Assembly (NCBI GenBank): GCA_964057225.1
Contig: OZ059894.1
Location: 4,526,001 to 4,590,000, forward strand
DNA from: Auanema rhodensis
Taxonomy: Eukaryota > Animalia > Nematoda
Length of the DNA: 64,000 nt
Direction: 5' to 3'
Shown: piece by piece, positions 24,901 through 40,711 of the stretch
How positions within the stretch are numbered: position 1 is the first letter of the stretch
Layout: each line of letters begins with the position of its first letter
Made by a program: the position numbers and the translations under genes
The notes under the pieces: model-generated
Told to the model about the DNA's origin: nothing
Databases searched by the model: none
The model's input: the letters and a program-made list of their open reading frames with translations, nothing else

Positions 24901-26671
24901 GATGCGGATTTTTAAGCTGCGTCGATCTGTGTTATCAGATTTGCGCTAGCTTAAAAATGCACCGAGATATCAACTGATATAAGTTCACACTTATATCCTC
25001 GATTTTCACCCTGAAGAATTAATTTTTTCGTTGAATAACATTGTCCATCGTCTTTGCCTTGAAAAAAGGAATTTAAAAACATCTACTTTTTGCTAAATTA
25101 TTTTGAAATTTTTCGAAAAAATTTTTGTCAAAATGTTTTTGGAAGCAATGTTGAGTGTACATGGAAACTCAACATACACTAATGCATCATTTTTCAAACG
25201 ATCATAACTAATTTTTGTATCAAGCGTTTCTTAATGTAGTATAGTGCATTCGATCCGGATTTTTAAGCTGCGTCGATCTGTGTTATCAGATTTGCGCTAG
25301 CTTAAAAATGCACCGAGATATCAACTGATATAAGTTCACACTTATATCCTCGATTTTCACCCTGAAGAATTAATTTTTTCGTTGAATAACATTGTCCATC
25401 GTCTTTGCCTTGAAAAATGGAATCTAAAAACATCTACTTTTTGCTAAATTATTTTGAAATTTTTCGAAAAAATTTTTGTCAAAATGTTTTTGGAAGCAAT
25501 GTTGAGTGTACATGGAAACTCAACATACACTAATGCATCATTTTTCAAACGATCATAACTAATTTTTGTATCAAGCGTTTTTTAATGTAGTATAGTGCAT
25601 TCGATCCGGATTTTTAAGCTGCGTCGATCTGTGTTATCAGATTTGCGCTAGCTTAAAAATGCACCGAGATATCAACTGATATAAGTTCACACTTATATCC
25701 TCGATTTTCACCCTGAAGAATTAATTTTTTCGTTGAATAACATTGTCCATCGTCTTTGCCTTGAAAAAAGGAATCTAAAAACATCTACTTTTTGCTAAAT
25801 TATTTTGAAATTTTTCGAAAAAATTTTTGTCAAAATGTTTTTGGAAGCAATGTTGAGTGTACATGGAAACTCAACATACACTAATGCATCATTTTTCAAA
25901 CGATCATAACTAATTTTTGTTTTAAGCGTTTTTCAATGTAGTATAGTGCATTCGATGCGGATTTTTAAGCTGCGTCGATCTGTGTTATCAGATTTGCGCT
26001 AGCTTAAAAATGCACCGAGATATCAACTGATATAAGTTCACACTTATATCCTCGATTTTCACCCTGAAGAATTAATTTTTTCGTTGAATAACATTGTCCA
26101 TCGTCTTTGCCTTGAAAAATGGAATCTAAAAACATCTACTTTTTGCTAAATTATTTTGAAATTTTTCGAAAAAATTTTTGTCAAAATGTTTTTGGAAGCA
26201 ATGTTGAGTGTACATGGAAACTCAACATACACTAATGCATCATTTTTCAAACGATCATAACTAATTTTTGTATTAAGCGTTCTTCAATGTAGTATAGTGC
26301 ATTCGATGCGGATTTTTAAGCTGCGTCGATCTGTGTTATCAGATTTGCGCTAGCTTAAAAATGCACCGAGATATCAACTGATATAAGTTCACACTTATAT
26401 CCTCGATTTTCACCCTGGAGAATTAATTTTTTCGTTGAATAACATTGTCCATCGTCTTTGCCTTGAAAAAAGGAATCTAAAAACATCTACTTTTTGCTAA
26501 ATTATTTTGAAATTTTTCGAAAAAATTTTTGTCAAAATGTTTTTGGAAGCAATGTTGAGTGTACATGGAAACTCAACATACACTAATGCATCATTTTTCA
26601 AACGATCATAACTAATTTTTGTATCAAGCGTTTCTTAATGTAGTATAGTGCATTCGATCCGGATTTTTAAG

Positions 26672-29600
26672 CTGCGTCGATCTGTGTTATCAGATTTGCG
26701 CTAGCTTAAAAATGCACCGAGATATCAACTGATATAAGTTCACACTTATATCCTCGATTTTCACCCTGAAGAATTAATTTTTTCGTTGAATAACATTGTC
26801 CATCGTCTTTGCCTTGAAAAAAGGAATCTAAAAACATCTACTTTTTGCTAAATTATTTTGAAATTTTTCAAAAAAATTTTTGTCAAAATGTTTTTGGAAG
26901 CAATGTTGAGTGTACATGGAAACTCAACATACACTAATGCATCATTTTTCAAACGATCATAACTAATTTTTGTATTAAGCGTTCTTCAATGTAGTATAGT
27001 GCATTCGATGCGGATTTTTAAGCTGCGTCGATCTGTGTTATCAGATTTGCGCTAGCTTAAAAATGCACCGAGATATCAACTGATATAAGTTCACACTTAT
27101 ATCCTCGATTTTCACCCTGAAGAATTAATTTTTTCGTTGAATAACATTGTCCATCGTCTTTGCCTTGAAAAAAGGAATCTAAAAACATCTACTTTTTGCT
27201 AAATTATTTTGAAATTTTTCGAAAAAATTTTTGTCAAAATGTTTTTGGAAGCAATGTTGAGTGTACATGGAAACTCAACATACACTAATGCATCATTTTT
27301 CAAACGATCATAACTAATTTTTGTATTAAGCGTTCTTCAATGTAGTATAGTGCATTCGATGCGGATTTTTAAGCTGCGTCGATCTGTGTTATCAGATTTG
27401 CGCTAGCTTAAAAATGCACCGAGATATCAACTGATATAAGTTCACACTTATATCCTCGATTTTCACCCTGAAGAATTAATTTTTTCGTTGAATAACATTG
27501 TCCATCGTCTTTGCCTTGAAAAAAGGAATTTAAAAACATCTACTTTTTGCTAAATTATTTTGAAATTTTTCGAAAAAATTTTTGTCAAAATGTTTTTGGA
27601 AGCAATGTTGAGTGTACATGGAAACTCAACATACACTAATGCATCATTTTACAAACGATCATAACTAATTTTTGTATCAAGTGTTTCTTAATGTAGTATA
27701 GTGCATTCGATCCGGATTTTTAAGCTGCGTCGATCTGTGTTATCAGATTTGCGCTAGCTTAAAAATGCACCGAGATATCAACTGATATAAGTTCACACTT
27801 ATATCCTCGATTTTCACCCTGAAGAATTAATTTTTTCGTTGAATAACATTGTCCATCGTCTTTGCCTTGAAAAATGGAATCTAAAAACATCTACTTTTTG
27901 CTAAATTATTTTGAAATTTTTCGAAAAAATTTTTGTCAAAATGTTTTTGGAAGCAATGTTGAGTGTACATGGAAACTCAACATACACTAATGCATCATTT
28001 TTCAAACGATCATAACTAATTTTTGTATTAAGCGTTTCTCAATGTAGTATAATGCATTCGATGCGGATTTTTAAGCTGCGTCGATCTGTGTTATCAGATT
28101 TGCGCTAGCTTAAAAATGCACCGAGATATCAACTGATAGAAGTTCACACTTATATCCTCGATTTTCACCCTGAAGAATTAATTTTTTCGTTGAATAACAT
28201 TGTCCATCGTCTTTGCCTTGAAAAATGGAATCTAAAAACATCTACTTTTTGCTAAATTATTTTGAAATTTTTCGAAAAAATTTTTGTCAAAATGTTTTTG
28301 GAAGCAATGTTGAGTGTACATGGAAACTCAACATACACTAATGCATCATTTTTCAAACGATCATAACTAATTTTTGTATTAAGCGTTCTTCAATGTAGTA
28401 TAGTGCATTCGATGCGGATTTTTAAGCTGCGTCGATCTGTGTTATCAGATTTGCGCTAGCTTAAAAATGCACCGAGATATCAACTGATATAAGTTCACAC
28501 TTATATCCTCGATTTTCACCCTGAAGAATTAATTTTTTCGTTGAATAACATTGTCCATCGTCTTTGCCTTGAAAAAAGAAATCTAAAAACATCTACTTTT
28601 TGCTAAATTATTTTGAAATTTTTCGAAAAAATTTTTGTCAAAATGTTTTTGGAAGCAATGTTGAGTGTACATGGAAACTCAACATACACTAATGCATCAT
28701 TTTTCAAACGATCATAACTAATTTTTGTATCAAGCGTTTCTTAATGTAGTATAGTGCATTCGATCCGGATTTTTAAGCTGCGTCCATCTGTGTTATCAGA
28801 TTTGCGCTAGCTTAAAAATGCACCGAGATATCAACTGATATAAGTTCACACTTATATCCTCGATTTTCACCCTGAAGAATTAATTTTTTCGTTGAATAAC
28901 ATTGTCCATCGTCTTTGCCTTGAAAAAAGGAATCTAAAAACATCTACTTTTTGCTAAATTATTTTGAAATTTTTCAAAAAAATTTTTGTCAAAATGTTTT
29001 TGGAAGCAATGTTGAGTGTACATGGAAACTCAACATACACTAATGCATCATTTTTCAAACGATCATAACTAATTTTTGTATTAAGCGTTCTTCAATGTAG
29101 TATAGTGCATTCGATGCGGATTTTTAAGCTGCGTCGATCTGTGTTATCAGATTTGCGCTAGCTTAAAAATGCACCGAGATATCAACTGATATAAGTTCAC
29201 ACTTATATCCTCGATTTTCACCCTGAAGAATTAATTTTTTCGTTGAATAACATTGTCCATCGTCTTTGCCTTGAAAAAAGAAATCTAAAAACATCTACTT
29301 TTTGCTAAATTATTTTGAAATTTTTCGAAAAAATTTTTGTCAAAATGTTTTTGGAAGCAATGTTGAGTGTACATGGAAACTCAACATACACTAATGCATC
29401 ATTTTTCAAACGATCATAACTAATTTTTGTATTAAGCGTTCTTCAATGTAGTATAGTGCATTCGATGCGGATTTTTAAGCTGCGTCGATCTGTGTTATCA
29501 GATTTGCGCTAGCTTAAAAATGCACCGAGATATCAACTGATATAAGTTCACACTTATATCCTCGATTTTCACCCTGAAGAATTAATTTTTTCGTTGAATA

Positions 29601-30883
29601 ACATTGTCCATCGTCTTTGCCTTGAAAAAAGGAATTTAAAAACATCTACTTTTTGCTAAATTATTTTGAAATTTTTCGAAAAAATTTTTGTCAAAATGTT
29701 TTTGGAAGCAATGTTGAGTGTACATGGAAACTCAACATACACTAATGCATCATTTTTCAAACGATCATAACTAATTTTTGTATCAAGCGTTTCTTAATGT
29801 AGTATAGTGCATTCGATCCGGATTTTTAAGCTGCGTCGATCTGTGTTATCAGATTTGCGCTAGCTTAAAAATGCACCGAGATATCAACTGATATAAGTTC
29901 ACACTTATATCCTCGATTTTCACCCTGAAGAATTAATTTTTTCGTTGAATAACATTGTCCATCGTTTTTGCCTTGAAAAATGGAATCTAAAAACATCTAC
30001 TTTTTGCTAAATTATTTTGAAATTTTTCGAAAAAATTTTTGTCAAAATGTTTTTGGAAGCAATGTTGAGTGTACATGGAAACTCAACATACACTAATGCA
30101 TCATTTTTCAAACGATCATAACTAATTTTTGTATTAAGCGTTTCTCAATGTAGTATAATGCATTCGATGCGGATTTTTAAGCTGCGTCGATCTGTGTTAT
30201 CAGATTTGCGCTAGCTTGAAAATGCACCGAGATATCAACTGATAGAAGTTCACACTTATATCCTCGATTTTCACCCTGAAGAATTAATTTTTTCGTTGAA
30301 TAACATTGTCCATCGTCTTTGCCTTGAAAAATGGAATCTAAAAACATCTACTTTTTGCTAAATTATTTTGAAATTTTTCGAAAAAATTTTTGTCAAAATG
30401 TTTTTGGAAGCAATGTTGAGTGTACATGGAAACTCAACATACACTAATGCATCATTTTTCAAACGATCATAACTAATTTTTGTATTAAGCGTTCTTCAAT
30501 GTAGTATAGTGCATTCGATGCGGATTTTTAAGCGGCGTCGATCTGTGTTATCAGATTTGCGCTAGCTTAAAAATGCACCGAGATATCAACTGATATAAGT
30601 TCACACTTATATCCTCGATTTTCACCCTGAAGAATTAACTTTTTCGTTGAATAACATTGTCCATCGTCTTTGCCTTGAAAAAAGAAATCTAAAAACATCT
30701 ACTTTTTGCTAAATTATTTTGAAATTTTTCGAAAAAATTTTTGTCAAAATGTTTTTGGAAGCAATGTTGAGTGTACATGGAAACTCAACATACACTAATG
30801 CATCATTTTTCAAACGATCATAACTAATTTTTGTATCAAGCGTTTCTTAATGTAGTATAGTGCATTCGATCCGGATTTTTAAG
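26672..30883. repeat. Tandem duplication of a 6-monomer unit (2106 bp x2; monomers 77-82 and 83-88)
   Basis: The ordered markers ttttcaaaa, ggaattt, tataatgc (28052 and 30158), gatagaag, agaaatc and gtccatctg recur at 2106-bp spacing, with a few private differences. Confidence 0.8.
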
Positions 30884-33800
30884 CTGCGTCCATCTGTGTT
30901 ATCAGATTTGCGCTAGCTTAAAAATGCACCGAGATATCAACTGATATAAGTTCACACTTATATCCTCGATTTTCACCCTGAAGAATTAATTTTTTCGTTG
31001 AATAACATTGTCCATCGTCTTTGCCTTGAAAAATGGAATCTAAAAACATCTACTTTTTGCTAAATTATTTTGAAATTTTTCGAAAAAATTTTTGTCAAAA
31101 TGTTTTTGGAAGCAATGTTGAGTGTACATGGAAACTCAACATACACTAATGCATCATTTTTCAAACGATCATAACTTATTTTTGTAACAAGCGTTTCTCA
31201 ATGTAGTATAGTGCATTCGATGCGGATTTTTAAGCTGCGTCGATCTGTGTTATCAGATTTGCGCTAGCTTAAAAATGCACCGAGATATCAACTGATATAA
31301 GTTCACACTTATATCCTCGATTTTCACCCTGAAGAATTAATTTTTTCGTTGAATAACATTGTCCATCGTCTTTGCCTTGAAAAAAGGAATCTAAAAACAT
31401 CTACTTTTTGCTAAATTATTTTGAAATTTTTCGAAAAAATTTTTGTCAAAATGTTTTTGGAAGCAATGTTGAGTGTACATGGAAACTCAACATACACTAA
31501 TGCATCATTTTTCAAACGATCATAACTAATTTTTGTATCAAGCGTTTCTTAATGTAGTATAGTGCATTCGATCCGGATTTTTAAGCTGCGTCCATCTGTG
31601 TTATCAGATTTGCGCTAGCTTAAAAATGCACCGAGATATCAACTGATATAAGTTCACACTTATATCCTCGATTTTCACCCTGAAGAATTAATTTTTTCGT
31701 TGAATAACATTGTCCATCGTCTTTGCCTTGAAAAATGGAATCTAAAAACATCTACTTTTTGCTAAATTATTTTGAAATTTTTCGAAAAAATTTTTGTCAA
31801 AATGTTTTTGGAAGCAATGTTGAGTGTACATGGAAACTCAACATACACTAATGCATCATTTTTCAAACGATCATAACTTATTTTTGTAACAAGCGTTTCT
31901 CAATGTAGTATAGTGCATTCGATGCGGATTTTTAAGCTGCGTCGATCTGTGTTATCAGATTTGCGCTAGCTTAAAAATGCACCGAGATATCAACTGATAT
32001 AAGTTCACACTTATATCCTCGATTTTCACCCTGAAGAATTACTTTTTTCGTTGAATAACATTGTCCATCGTCTTTGCCTTGAAAAAAGGAATCTAAAAAC
32101 ATCTACTTTTTGCTAAATTATTTTGAAATTTTTCGAAAAAATTTTTGTCAAAATGTTTTTGGAAGCAATGTTGAGTGTACATGGAAACTCAACATACACT
32201 AATGCATCATTTTTCAAACGATCATAACTAATTTTTGTATCAAGCGTTTTTTAATGTAGTATAGTGCATTCGATCCGGATTTTTAAGCTGCGTCGATCTG
32301 TGTTATCAGATTTGCGCTAGCTTAAAAATGCACCGAGATATCAACTGATATAAGTTCACACTTATATCCTCGATTTTCACCCTGAAGAATTAATTTTTTC
32401 GTTGAATAACATTGTCCATCGTCTTTGCCTTGAAAAAAGGAATCTAAAAACATCTACTTTTTGCTAAATTATTTTGAAATTTTTCGAAAAAATTTTTGTC
32501 AAAATGTTTTTGGAAGCAATGTTTAGTGTACATGGAAACTCAACATACACTAATGCATCATTTTTCAAACGATCATAACTAATTTTTGTATCAAGCGTTT
32601 TTTAATGTAGTATAGTGCATTCGATCCGGATTTTTAAGCTGCGTCGATCTGTGTTATCAGATTTGCGCTAGCTTAAAAATGCACCGAGATATCAACTGAT
32701 ATAAGTTCACACTTATATCCTCGATTTTCACCCTGAAGAATTAATTTTTTCGTTGAATAACATTGTCCATCGTCTTTGCCTTGAAAAATGGAATCTAAAA
32801 ACATCTTCTTTTTGCTAAATTATTTTGAAATTTTTCGAAAAAATTTTTGTCAAAATGTTTTTGGAAGCAATGTTGAGTGTACATGGAAACTCAACATACA
32901 CTAATGCATCATTTTTCAAACGATCATAACTTATTTTTGTAACAAGCGTTCTTCAATGTAGTATAGTGCATTCGATGCGGATTTTTAAGCTGCGTCGATC
33001 TGTGTTATCAGATTTGCGCTAGCTTAAAAATGCACCGAGATATCAACTGATATAAGTTCACACTTATATCCTCGATTTTCACCCTGAAGAATTAATTTTT
33101 TCGTTGAATAACATTGTCCATCGTCTTTGCCTTGAAAAAAGAAATCTAAAAACATCTACTTTTTGCTAAATTATTTTGAAATTTTTCGAAAAAATTTTTG
33201 TCAAAATGTTTTTGGAAGCAATGTTGAGTGTACATGGAAACTCAACATACACTAATGCATCATTTTTCAAACGATCATAACTAATTTTTGTATCAAGCGT
33301 TTCTTAATGTAGTATAGTGCATTCGATCCGGATTTTTAAGCTGCGTCCATCTGTGTTATCAGATTTGCGCTAGCTTAAAAATGCACCGAGATATCAACTG
33401 ATATAAGTTCACACTTATATCCTCGATTTTCACCCTGAAGAATTAATTTTTTCGTTGAATAACATTGTCCATCGTCTTTGCCTTGAAAAATGGAATCTAA
33501 AAACATCTACTTTTTGCTAAATTATTTTGAAATTTTTCGAAAAAATTTTTGTCAAAATGTTTTTGGAAGCAATGTTGAGTGTACATGGAAACTCAACATA
33601 CACTAATGCATCATTTTTCAAACGATCATAACTTATTTTTGTAACAAGCGTTTCTCAATGTAGTATAGTGCATTCGATGCGGATTTTTAAGCTGCGTCGA
33701 TCTGTGTTATCAGATTTGCGCTAGCTTAAAAATGCACCGAGATATCAACTGATATAAGTTCACACTTATATCCTCGATTTTCACCCTGAAGAATTAATTT

Positions 33801-36800
33801 TTTCGTTGAATAACATTGTCCATCGTCTTTGCCTTGAAAAAAGGAATCTAAAAACATCTACTTTTTGCTAAATTATTTTGAAATTTTTCGAAAAAATTTT
33901 TGTCAAAATGTTTTTGGAAGCAATGTTTAGTGTACATGGAAACTCAACATACACTAATGCATCATTTTTCAAACGATCATAACTAATTTTTGTATCAAGC
34001 GTTTTTTAATGTAGTATAGTGCATTCGATCCGGATTTTTAAGCTGCGTCGATCTGTGTTATCAGATTTGCGCTAGCTTAAAAATGCACCGAGATATCAAC
34101 TGATATAAGTTCACACTTATATCCTTGATTTTCACCCTGAAGAATTAATTTTTTCGTTGAATAACATTGTCCATCGTCTTTGCCTTGAAAAATGGAATCT
34201 AAAAACATCTACTTTTTGCTAAATTATTTTGAAATTTTTCGAAAAAATTTTTGTCAAAATGTTTTTGGAAGCAATGTTGAGTGTACATGGAAACTCAACA
34301 TACACTAATGCATCATTTTTCAAACGATCATAACTAATTTTTGTATTAAGCGTTTCTCAATGTAGTATAATGCATTCGATGCGGATTTTTAAGCTGCGTC
34401 GATCTGTGTTATCAGATTTGCGCTAGCTTAAAAATGCACCGAGATATCAACTGATAGAAGTTCACACTTATATCCTCGATTTTCACCCTGAAGAATTAAT
34501 TTTTTCGTTGAATAACATTGTCCATCGTCTTTGCCTTGAAAAATGGAATCTAAAAACATCTACTTTTTGCTAAATTATTTTGAAATTTTTCGAAAAAATT
34601 TTTGTCAAAATGTTTTTGGAAGCAATGTTGAGTGTACATGGAAACTCAACATACACTAATGCATCATTTTTCAAACGATCATAACTAATTTTTGTATTAA
34701 GCGTTCTTCAATGTAGTATAGTGCATTCGATGCGGATTTTTAAGCTGCGTCGATCTGTGTTATCAGATTTGCGCTAGCTTAAAAATGCACCGAGATATCA
34801 ACTGATATAAGTTCACACTTATATCCTCGATTTTCACCCTGAAGAATTAATTTTTTCGTTGAATAACATTGTCCATCGTCTTTGCCTTGAAAAAAGAAAT
34901 CTAAAAACATCTACTTTTTGCTAAATTATTTTGAAATTTTTCGAAAAAATTTTTGTCAAAATGTTTTTGGAAGCAATGTTGAGTGTACATGGAAACTCAA
35001 CATACACTAATGCATCATTTTTCAAACGATCATAACTAATTTTTGTATCAAGCGTTTCTTAATGTAGTATAGTGCATTCGATCCGGATTTTTAAGCTGCG
35101 TCCATCTGTGTTATCAGATTTGCGCTAGCTTAAAAATGCACCGAGATATCAACTGATATAAGTTCACACTTATATCCTCGATTTTCACCCTGAAGAATTA
35201 ATTTTTTCGTTGAATAACATTGTCCATCGTCTTTGCCTTGAAAAATGGAATCTAAAAACATCTACTTTTTGCTAAATTATTTTGAAATTTTTCGAAAAAA
35301 TTTTTGTCAAAATGTTTTTGGAAGCAATGTTGAGTGTACATGGAAACTCAACATACACTAATGCATCATTTTTCAAACGATCATAACTTATTTTTGTAAC
35401 AAGCGTTTCTCAATGTAGTATAGTGCATTCGATGCGGATTTTTAAGCTGCGTCGATCTGTGTTATCAGATTTGCGCTAGCTTAAAAATGCACCGAGATAT
35501 CAACTGATATAAGTTCACACTTATATCCTCGATTTTCACCCTGAAGAATTAATTTTTTCGTTGAATAACATTGTCCATCGTCTTTGCCTTGAAAAAAGGA
35601 ATCTAAAAACATCTACTTTTTGCTAAATTATTTTGAAATTTTTCGAAAAAATTTTTGTCAAAATGTTTTTGGAAGCAATGTTGAGTGTACATGGAAACTC
35701 AACATACACTAATGCATCATTTTTCAAACGATCATAACTAATTTTTGTATCAAGCGTTTTTTAATGTAGTATAGTGCATTCGATCCGGATTTTTAAGCTG
35801 CGTCGATCTGTGTTATCAGATTTGCGCTAGCTTAAAAATGCACCGAGATATCAACTGATATAAGTTCACACTTATATCCTCGATTTTCACCCTGAAGAAT
35901 TAATTTTTTCGTTGAATAACATTGTCCATCGTCTTTGCCTTGAAAAAAGGAATCTAAAAACATCTACTTTTTGCTAAATTATTTTGAAATTTTTCGAAAA
36001 AATTTTTGTCAAAATGTTTTTGGAAGCAATGTTTAGTGTACATGGAAACTCAACATACACTAATGCATCATTTTTCAAACGATCATAACTAATTTTTGTA
36101 TCAAGCGTTTTTTAATGTAGTATAGTGCATTCGATCCGGATTTTTAAGCTGCGTCGATCTGTGTTATCAGATTTGCGCTAGCTTAAAAATGCACCGAGAT
36201 ATCAACTGATATAAGTTCACACTTATATCCTCGATTTTCACCCTGAAGAATTAATTTTTTCGTTGAATAACATTGTCCATCGTCTTTGCCTTGAAAAATG
36301 GAATCTAAAAACATCTACTTTTTGCTAAATTATTTTGAAATTTTTCGAAAAAATTTTTGTCAAAATGTTTTTGGAAGCAATGTTGAGTGTACATGGAAAC
36401 TCAACATACACTAATGCATCATTTTTCAAACGATCATAACTTATTTTTGTAACAAGCGTTTCTCAATGTAGTATAGTGCATTCGATGCGGATTTTTAAGC
36501 TGCGTCGATCTGTGTTATCAGATTTGCGCTAGCTTAAAAATGCACCGAGATATCAACTGATATAAGTTCACACTTATATCCTCGATTTTCACCCTGAAGA
36601 ATTAATTTTTTCGTTGAATAACATTGTCCATCGTCTTTGCCTTGAAAAAAGGAATCTAAAAACATCTACTTTTTGCTAAATTATTTTGAAATTTTTCGAA
36701 AAAATTTTTGTCAAAATGTTTTTGGAAGCAATGTTGAGTGTACATGGAAACTCAACATACACTAATGCATCATTTTTCAAACGATCATAACTAATTTTTG

Positions 36801-39800
36801 TATTAAGCGTTCTTCAATGTAGTATAGTGCATTCGATGCGGATTTTTAAGCTGCGTCGATCTGTGTTATCAGATTTGCGCTAGCTTAAAAATGCACCGAG
36901 ATATCAACTGATATAAGTTCACACTTATATCCTCGATTTTCACCCTGAAGAATTAATTTTTTCGTTGAATAACATTGTCCATCGTCTTTGCCTTGAAAAA
37001 TGGAATCTAAAAACATCTACTTTTTGCTAAATTATTTTGAAATTTTTCGAAAAAATTTTTGTCAAAATGTTTTTGGAAGCAATGTTGAGTGTACATGGAA
37101 ACTCAACATACACTAATGCATCATTTTTCAAACGATCATAACTAATTTTTGTATTAAGCGTTTCTCAATGTAGTATAGTGCATTCGATGCGGATTTTTAA
37201 GCTGCGTCGATCTGTGTTATCAGATTTGCGCTAGCTTAAAAATGCACCGAGATATCAACTGATAGAAGTTCACACTTATATCCTCGATTTTCACCCTGAA
37301 GAATTAATTTTTTCGTTGAATAACATTGTCCATCGTCTTTGCCTTGAAAAATGGAATCTAAAAACATCTACTTTTTGCTAAATTATTTTGAAATTTTTCG
37401 AAAAAATTTTTGTCAAAATGTTTTTGGAAGCAATGTTGAGTGTACATGGAAACTCAACATACACTAATGCATCATTTTTCAAACGATCATAACTAATTTT
37501 TGTATTAAGCGTTCTTCAATGTAGTATAGTGCATTCGATGCGGATTTTTAAGCTGCGTCGATCTGTGTTATCAGATTTGCGCTAGCTTAAAAATGCACCG
37601 AGATATCAACTGATAGAAGTTCACACTTATATCCTCGATTTTCACCCTGAAGAATTAATTTTTTCGTTGAATAACATTGTCCATCGTCTTTGCCTTGAAA
37701 AATGGAATCTAAAAACATCTACTTTTTGCTGAATTATTTTGAAATTTTTCGAAAAAATTTTTGTCAAAATGTTTTTGGAAGCAATGTTGAGTGTACATGG
37801 AAACTCAACATACACTAATGCATCATTTTTCAAACGATCATAACTAATTTTTGTATTAAGCGTTCTTCAATGTAGTATAGTGCATTCGATGCGGATTTTT
37901 AAGCTGCGTCGATCTGTGTTATCAGATTTGCGCTAGCTTAAAAATGCACCGAGATATCAACTGATAGAAGTTCACACTTATATCCTCGATTTTCACCCTG
38001 AAGAATTAATTTTTTCGTTGAATAACATTGTCCATCGTCTTTGCCTTGAAAAATGGAATCTAAAAACATCTACTTTTTGCTAAATTATTTTGAAATTTTT
38101 CGAAAAAATTTTTGTCAAAATGTTTTTGGAAGCAATGTTGAGTGTACATGGAAACTCAACATACACTAATGCATCATTTTTCAAACGATCATAACTAATT
38201 TTTGTATTAAGCGTTCTTCAATGTAGTATAGTGCATTCGATGCGGATTTTTAAGCTGCGTCGATCTGTGTTATCAGATTTGCGCTAGCTTAAAAATGCAC
38301 CGAGATATCAACTGATAGAAGTTCACACTTATATCCTCGATTTTCACCCTGAAGAATTAATTTTTTCGTTGAATAACATTGTCCATCGTCTTTGCCTTGA
38401 AAAATGGAATCTAAAAACATCTACTTTTTGCTAAATTATTTTGAAATTTTTCGAAAAAATTTTTGTCAAAATGTTTTTGGAAGCAATGTTGAGTGTACAT
38501 GGAAACTCAACATACACTAATGCATCATTTTTCAAACGATCATAACTAATTTTTGTATCAAGTGTTTCTCAATGTAATATAGTGCATTCGATGCGGATTT
38601 TTAAGCTGCGTCGATCTGTGTTATCAGATTTGCGCTAGCTTAAAAATGCACCGAGATATCAACTGATATAAGTTCACACTTATATCCTCGATTTTCACCC
38701 TGAAGAATTAATTTTTTCGTTGAATAACATTGTCCATCGTCTTTGCCTTGAAAAATGGAATCTAAAAACATCTACTTTTTGCTAAATTATTTTGAAATTT
38801 TTCGAAAAAATTTTTGTCAAAATGTTTTTGGAAGCAATGTTGAGTGTACATGGAAACTCAACATACACTAATGCATCATTTTTCTAACGATCATAACTAA
38901 TTTTTGTATTAAGCTTTTCTCAATGTAGTATAGTGCATTCGATGCGGATTTTTAAGCTGCGTCGATCTGTGTTATCAGATTTGCGCTAGCTTAAAAATGC
39001 ACCGAGATATCAACTGATATAAGTTCACACTTATATCCTCGATTTTCACCCTGAAGAATTAATTTTTTCGTTGAATAACATTGTCCATCGTCTTTGCCTT
39101 GAAAAAAGGAATCTAAAAACATCTACTTTTTGCTAAATTATTTTGAAATTTTTCGAAAAAATTTTTGTCAAAATGTTTTTGGAAGCAATGTTGAGTGTAC
39201 ATGGAAACTCAACATACACTAATGCATCATTTTTCAAACGATCATAACTAATTTTTGTATTAAGCGTTCTTCAATGTAGTATAGTGCATTCGATGCGGAT
39301 TTTTAAGCTGCGTCGATCTGTGTTATCAGATTTGCGCTAGCTTAAAAATGCACCGAGATATCAACTGATATAAGTTCACACTTATATCCTCGATTTTCAC
39401 CCTGAAGAATTAATTTTTTCGTTGAATAACATTGTCCATCGTCTTTGCCTTGAAAAATGGAATCTAAAAACATCTACTTTTTGCTAAATTATTTCGAAAT
39501 TTTTCGAAAAAATTTTTGTCAAAATGTTTTTGGAAGCAATGTTGAGTGTACATGGAAACTCAACATACACTAATGCATCATTTTTCAAACGATCATAACT
39601 AATTTTTGTATTAAGCGTTTCTCAATGTAGTATAGTGCATTCGATGCGGATTTTTAAGCTGCGTCGATCTGTGTTATCAGATTTGCGCTAGCTTAAAAAT
39701 GCACCGAGATATCAACTGATAGAAGTTCACACTTATATCCTCGATTTTCACCCTGAAGAATTAATTTTTTCGTTGAATAACATTGTCCATCGTCTTTGCC

Positions 39801-40711
39801 TTGAAAAATGGAATCTAAAAACATCTACTTTTTGCTAAATTATTTTGAAATTTTTCGAAAAAATTTTTGTCAAAATGTTTTTGGAAGCAATGTTGAGTGT
39901 ACATGGAAACTCAACATACACTAATGCATCATTTTTCAAACGATCATAACTAATTTTTGTATTAAGCGTTCTTCAATGTAGTATAGTGCATTCGATGCGG
40001 ATTTTTAAGCTGCGTCGATCTGTGTTATCAGATTTGCGCTAGCTTAAAAATGCACCGAGATATCAACTGATAGAAGTTCACACTTATATCCTCGATTTTC
40101 ACCCTGAAGAATTAATTTTTTCGTTGAATAACATTGTCCATCGTCTTTGCCTTGAAAAATGGAATCTAAAAACATCTACTTTTTGCTGAATTATTTTGAA
40201 ATTTTTCGAAAAAATTTTTGTCAAAATGTTTTTGGAAGCAATGTTGAGTGTACATGGAAACTCAACATACACTAATGCATCATTTTTCAAACGATCATAA
40301 CTAATTTTTGTATTAAGCGTTCTTCAATGTAGTATAGTGCATTCGATGCGGATTTTTAAGCTGCGTCGATCTGTGTTATCAGATTTGCGCTAGCTTAAAA
40401 ATGCACCGAGATATCAACTGATAGAAGTTCACACTTATATCCTCGATTTTCACCCTGAAGAATTAATTTTTTCGTTGAATAACATTGTCCATCGTCTTTG
40501 CCTTGAAAAATGGAATCTAAAAACATCTACTTTTTGCTAAATTATTTTGAAATTTTTCGAAAAAATTTTTGTCAAAATGTTTTTGGAAGCAATGTTGAGT
40601 GTACATGGAAACTCAACATACACTAATGCATCATTTTTCAAACGATCATAACTAATTTTTGTATTAAGCGTTCTTCAATGTAGTATAGTGCATTCGATGC
40701 GGATTTTTAAG

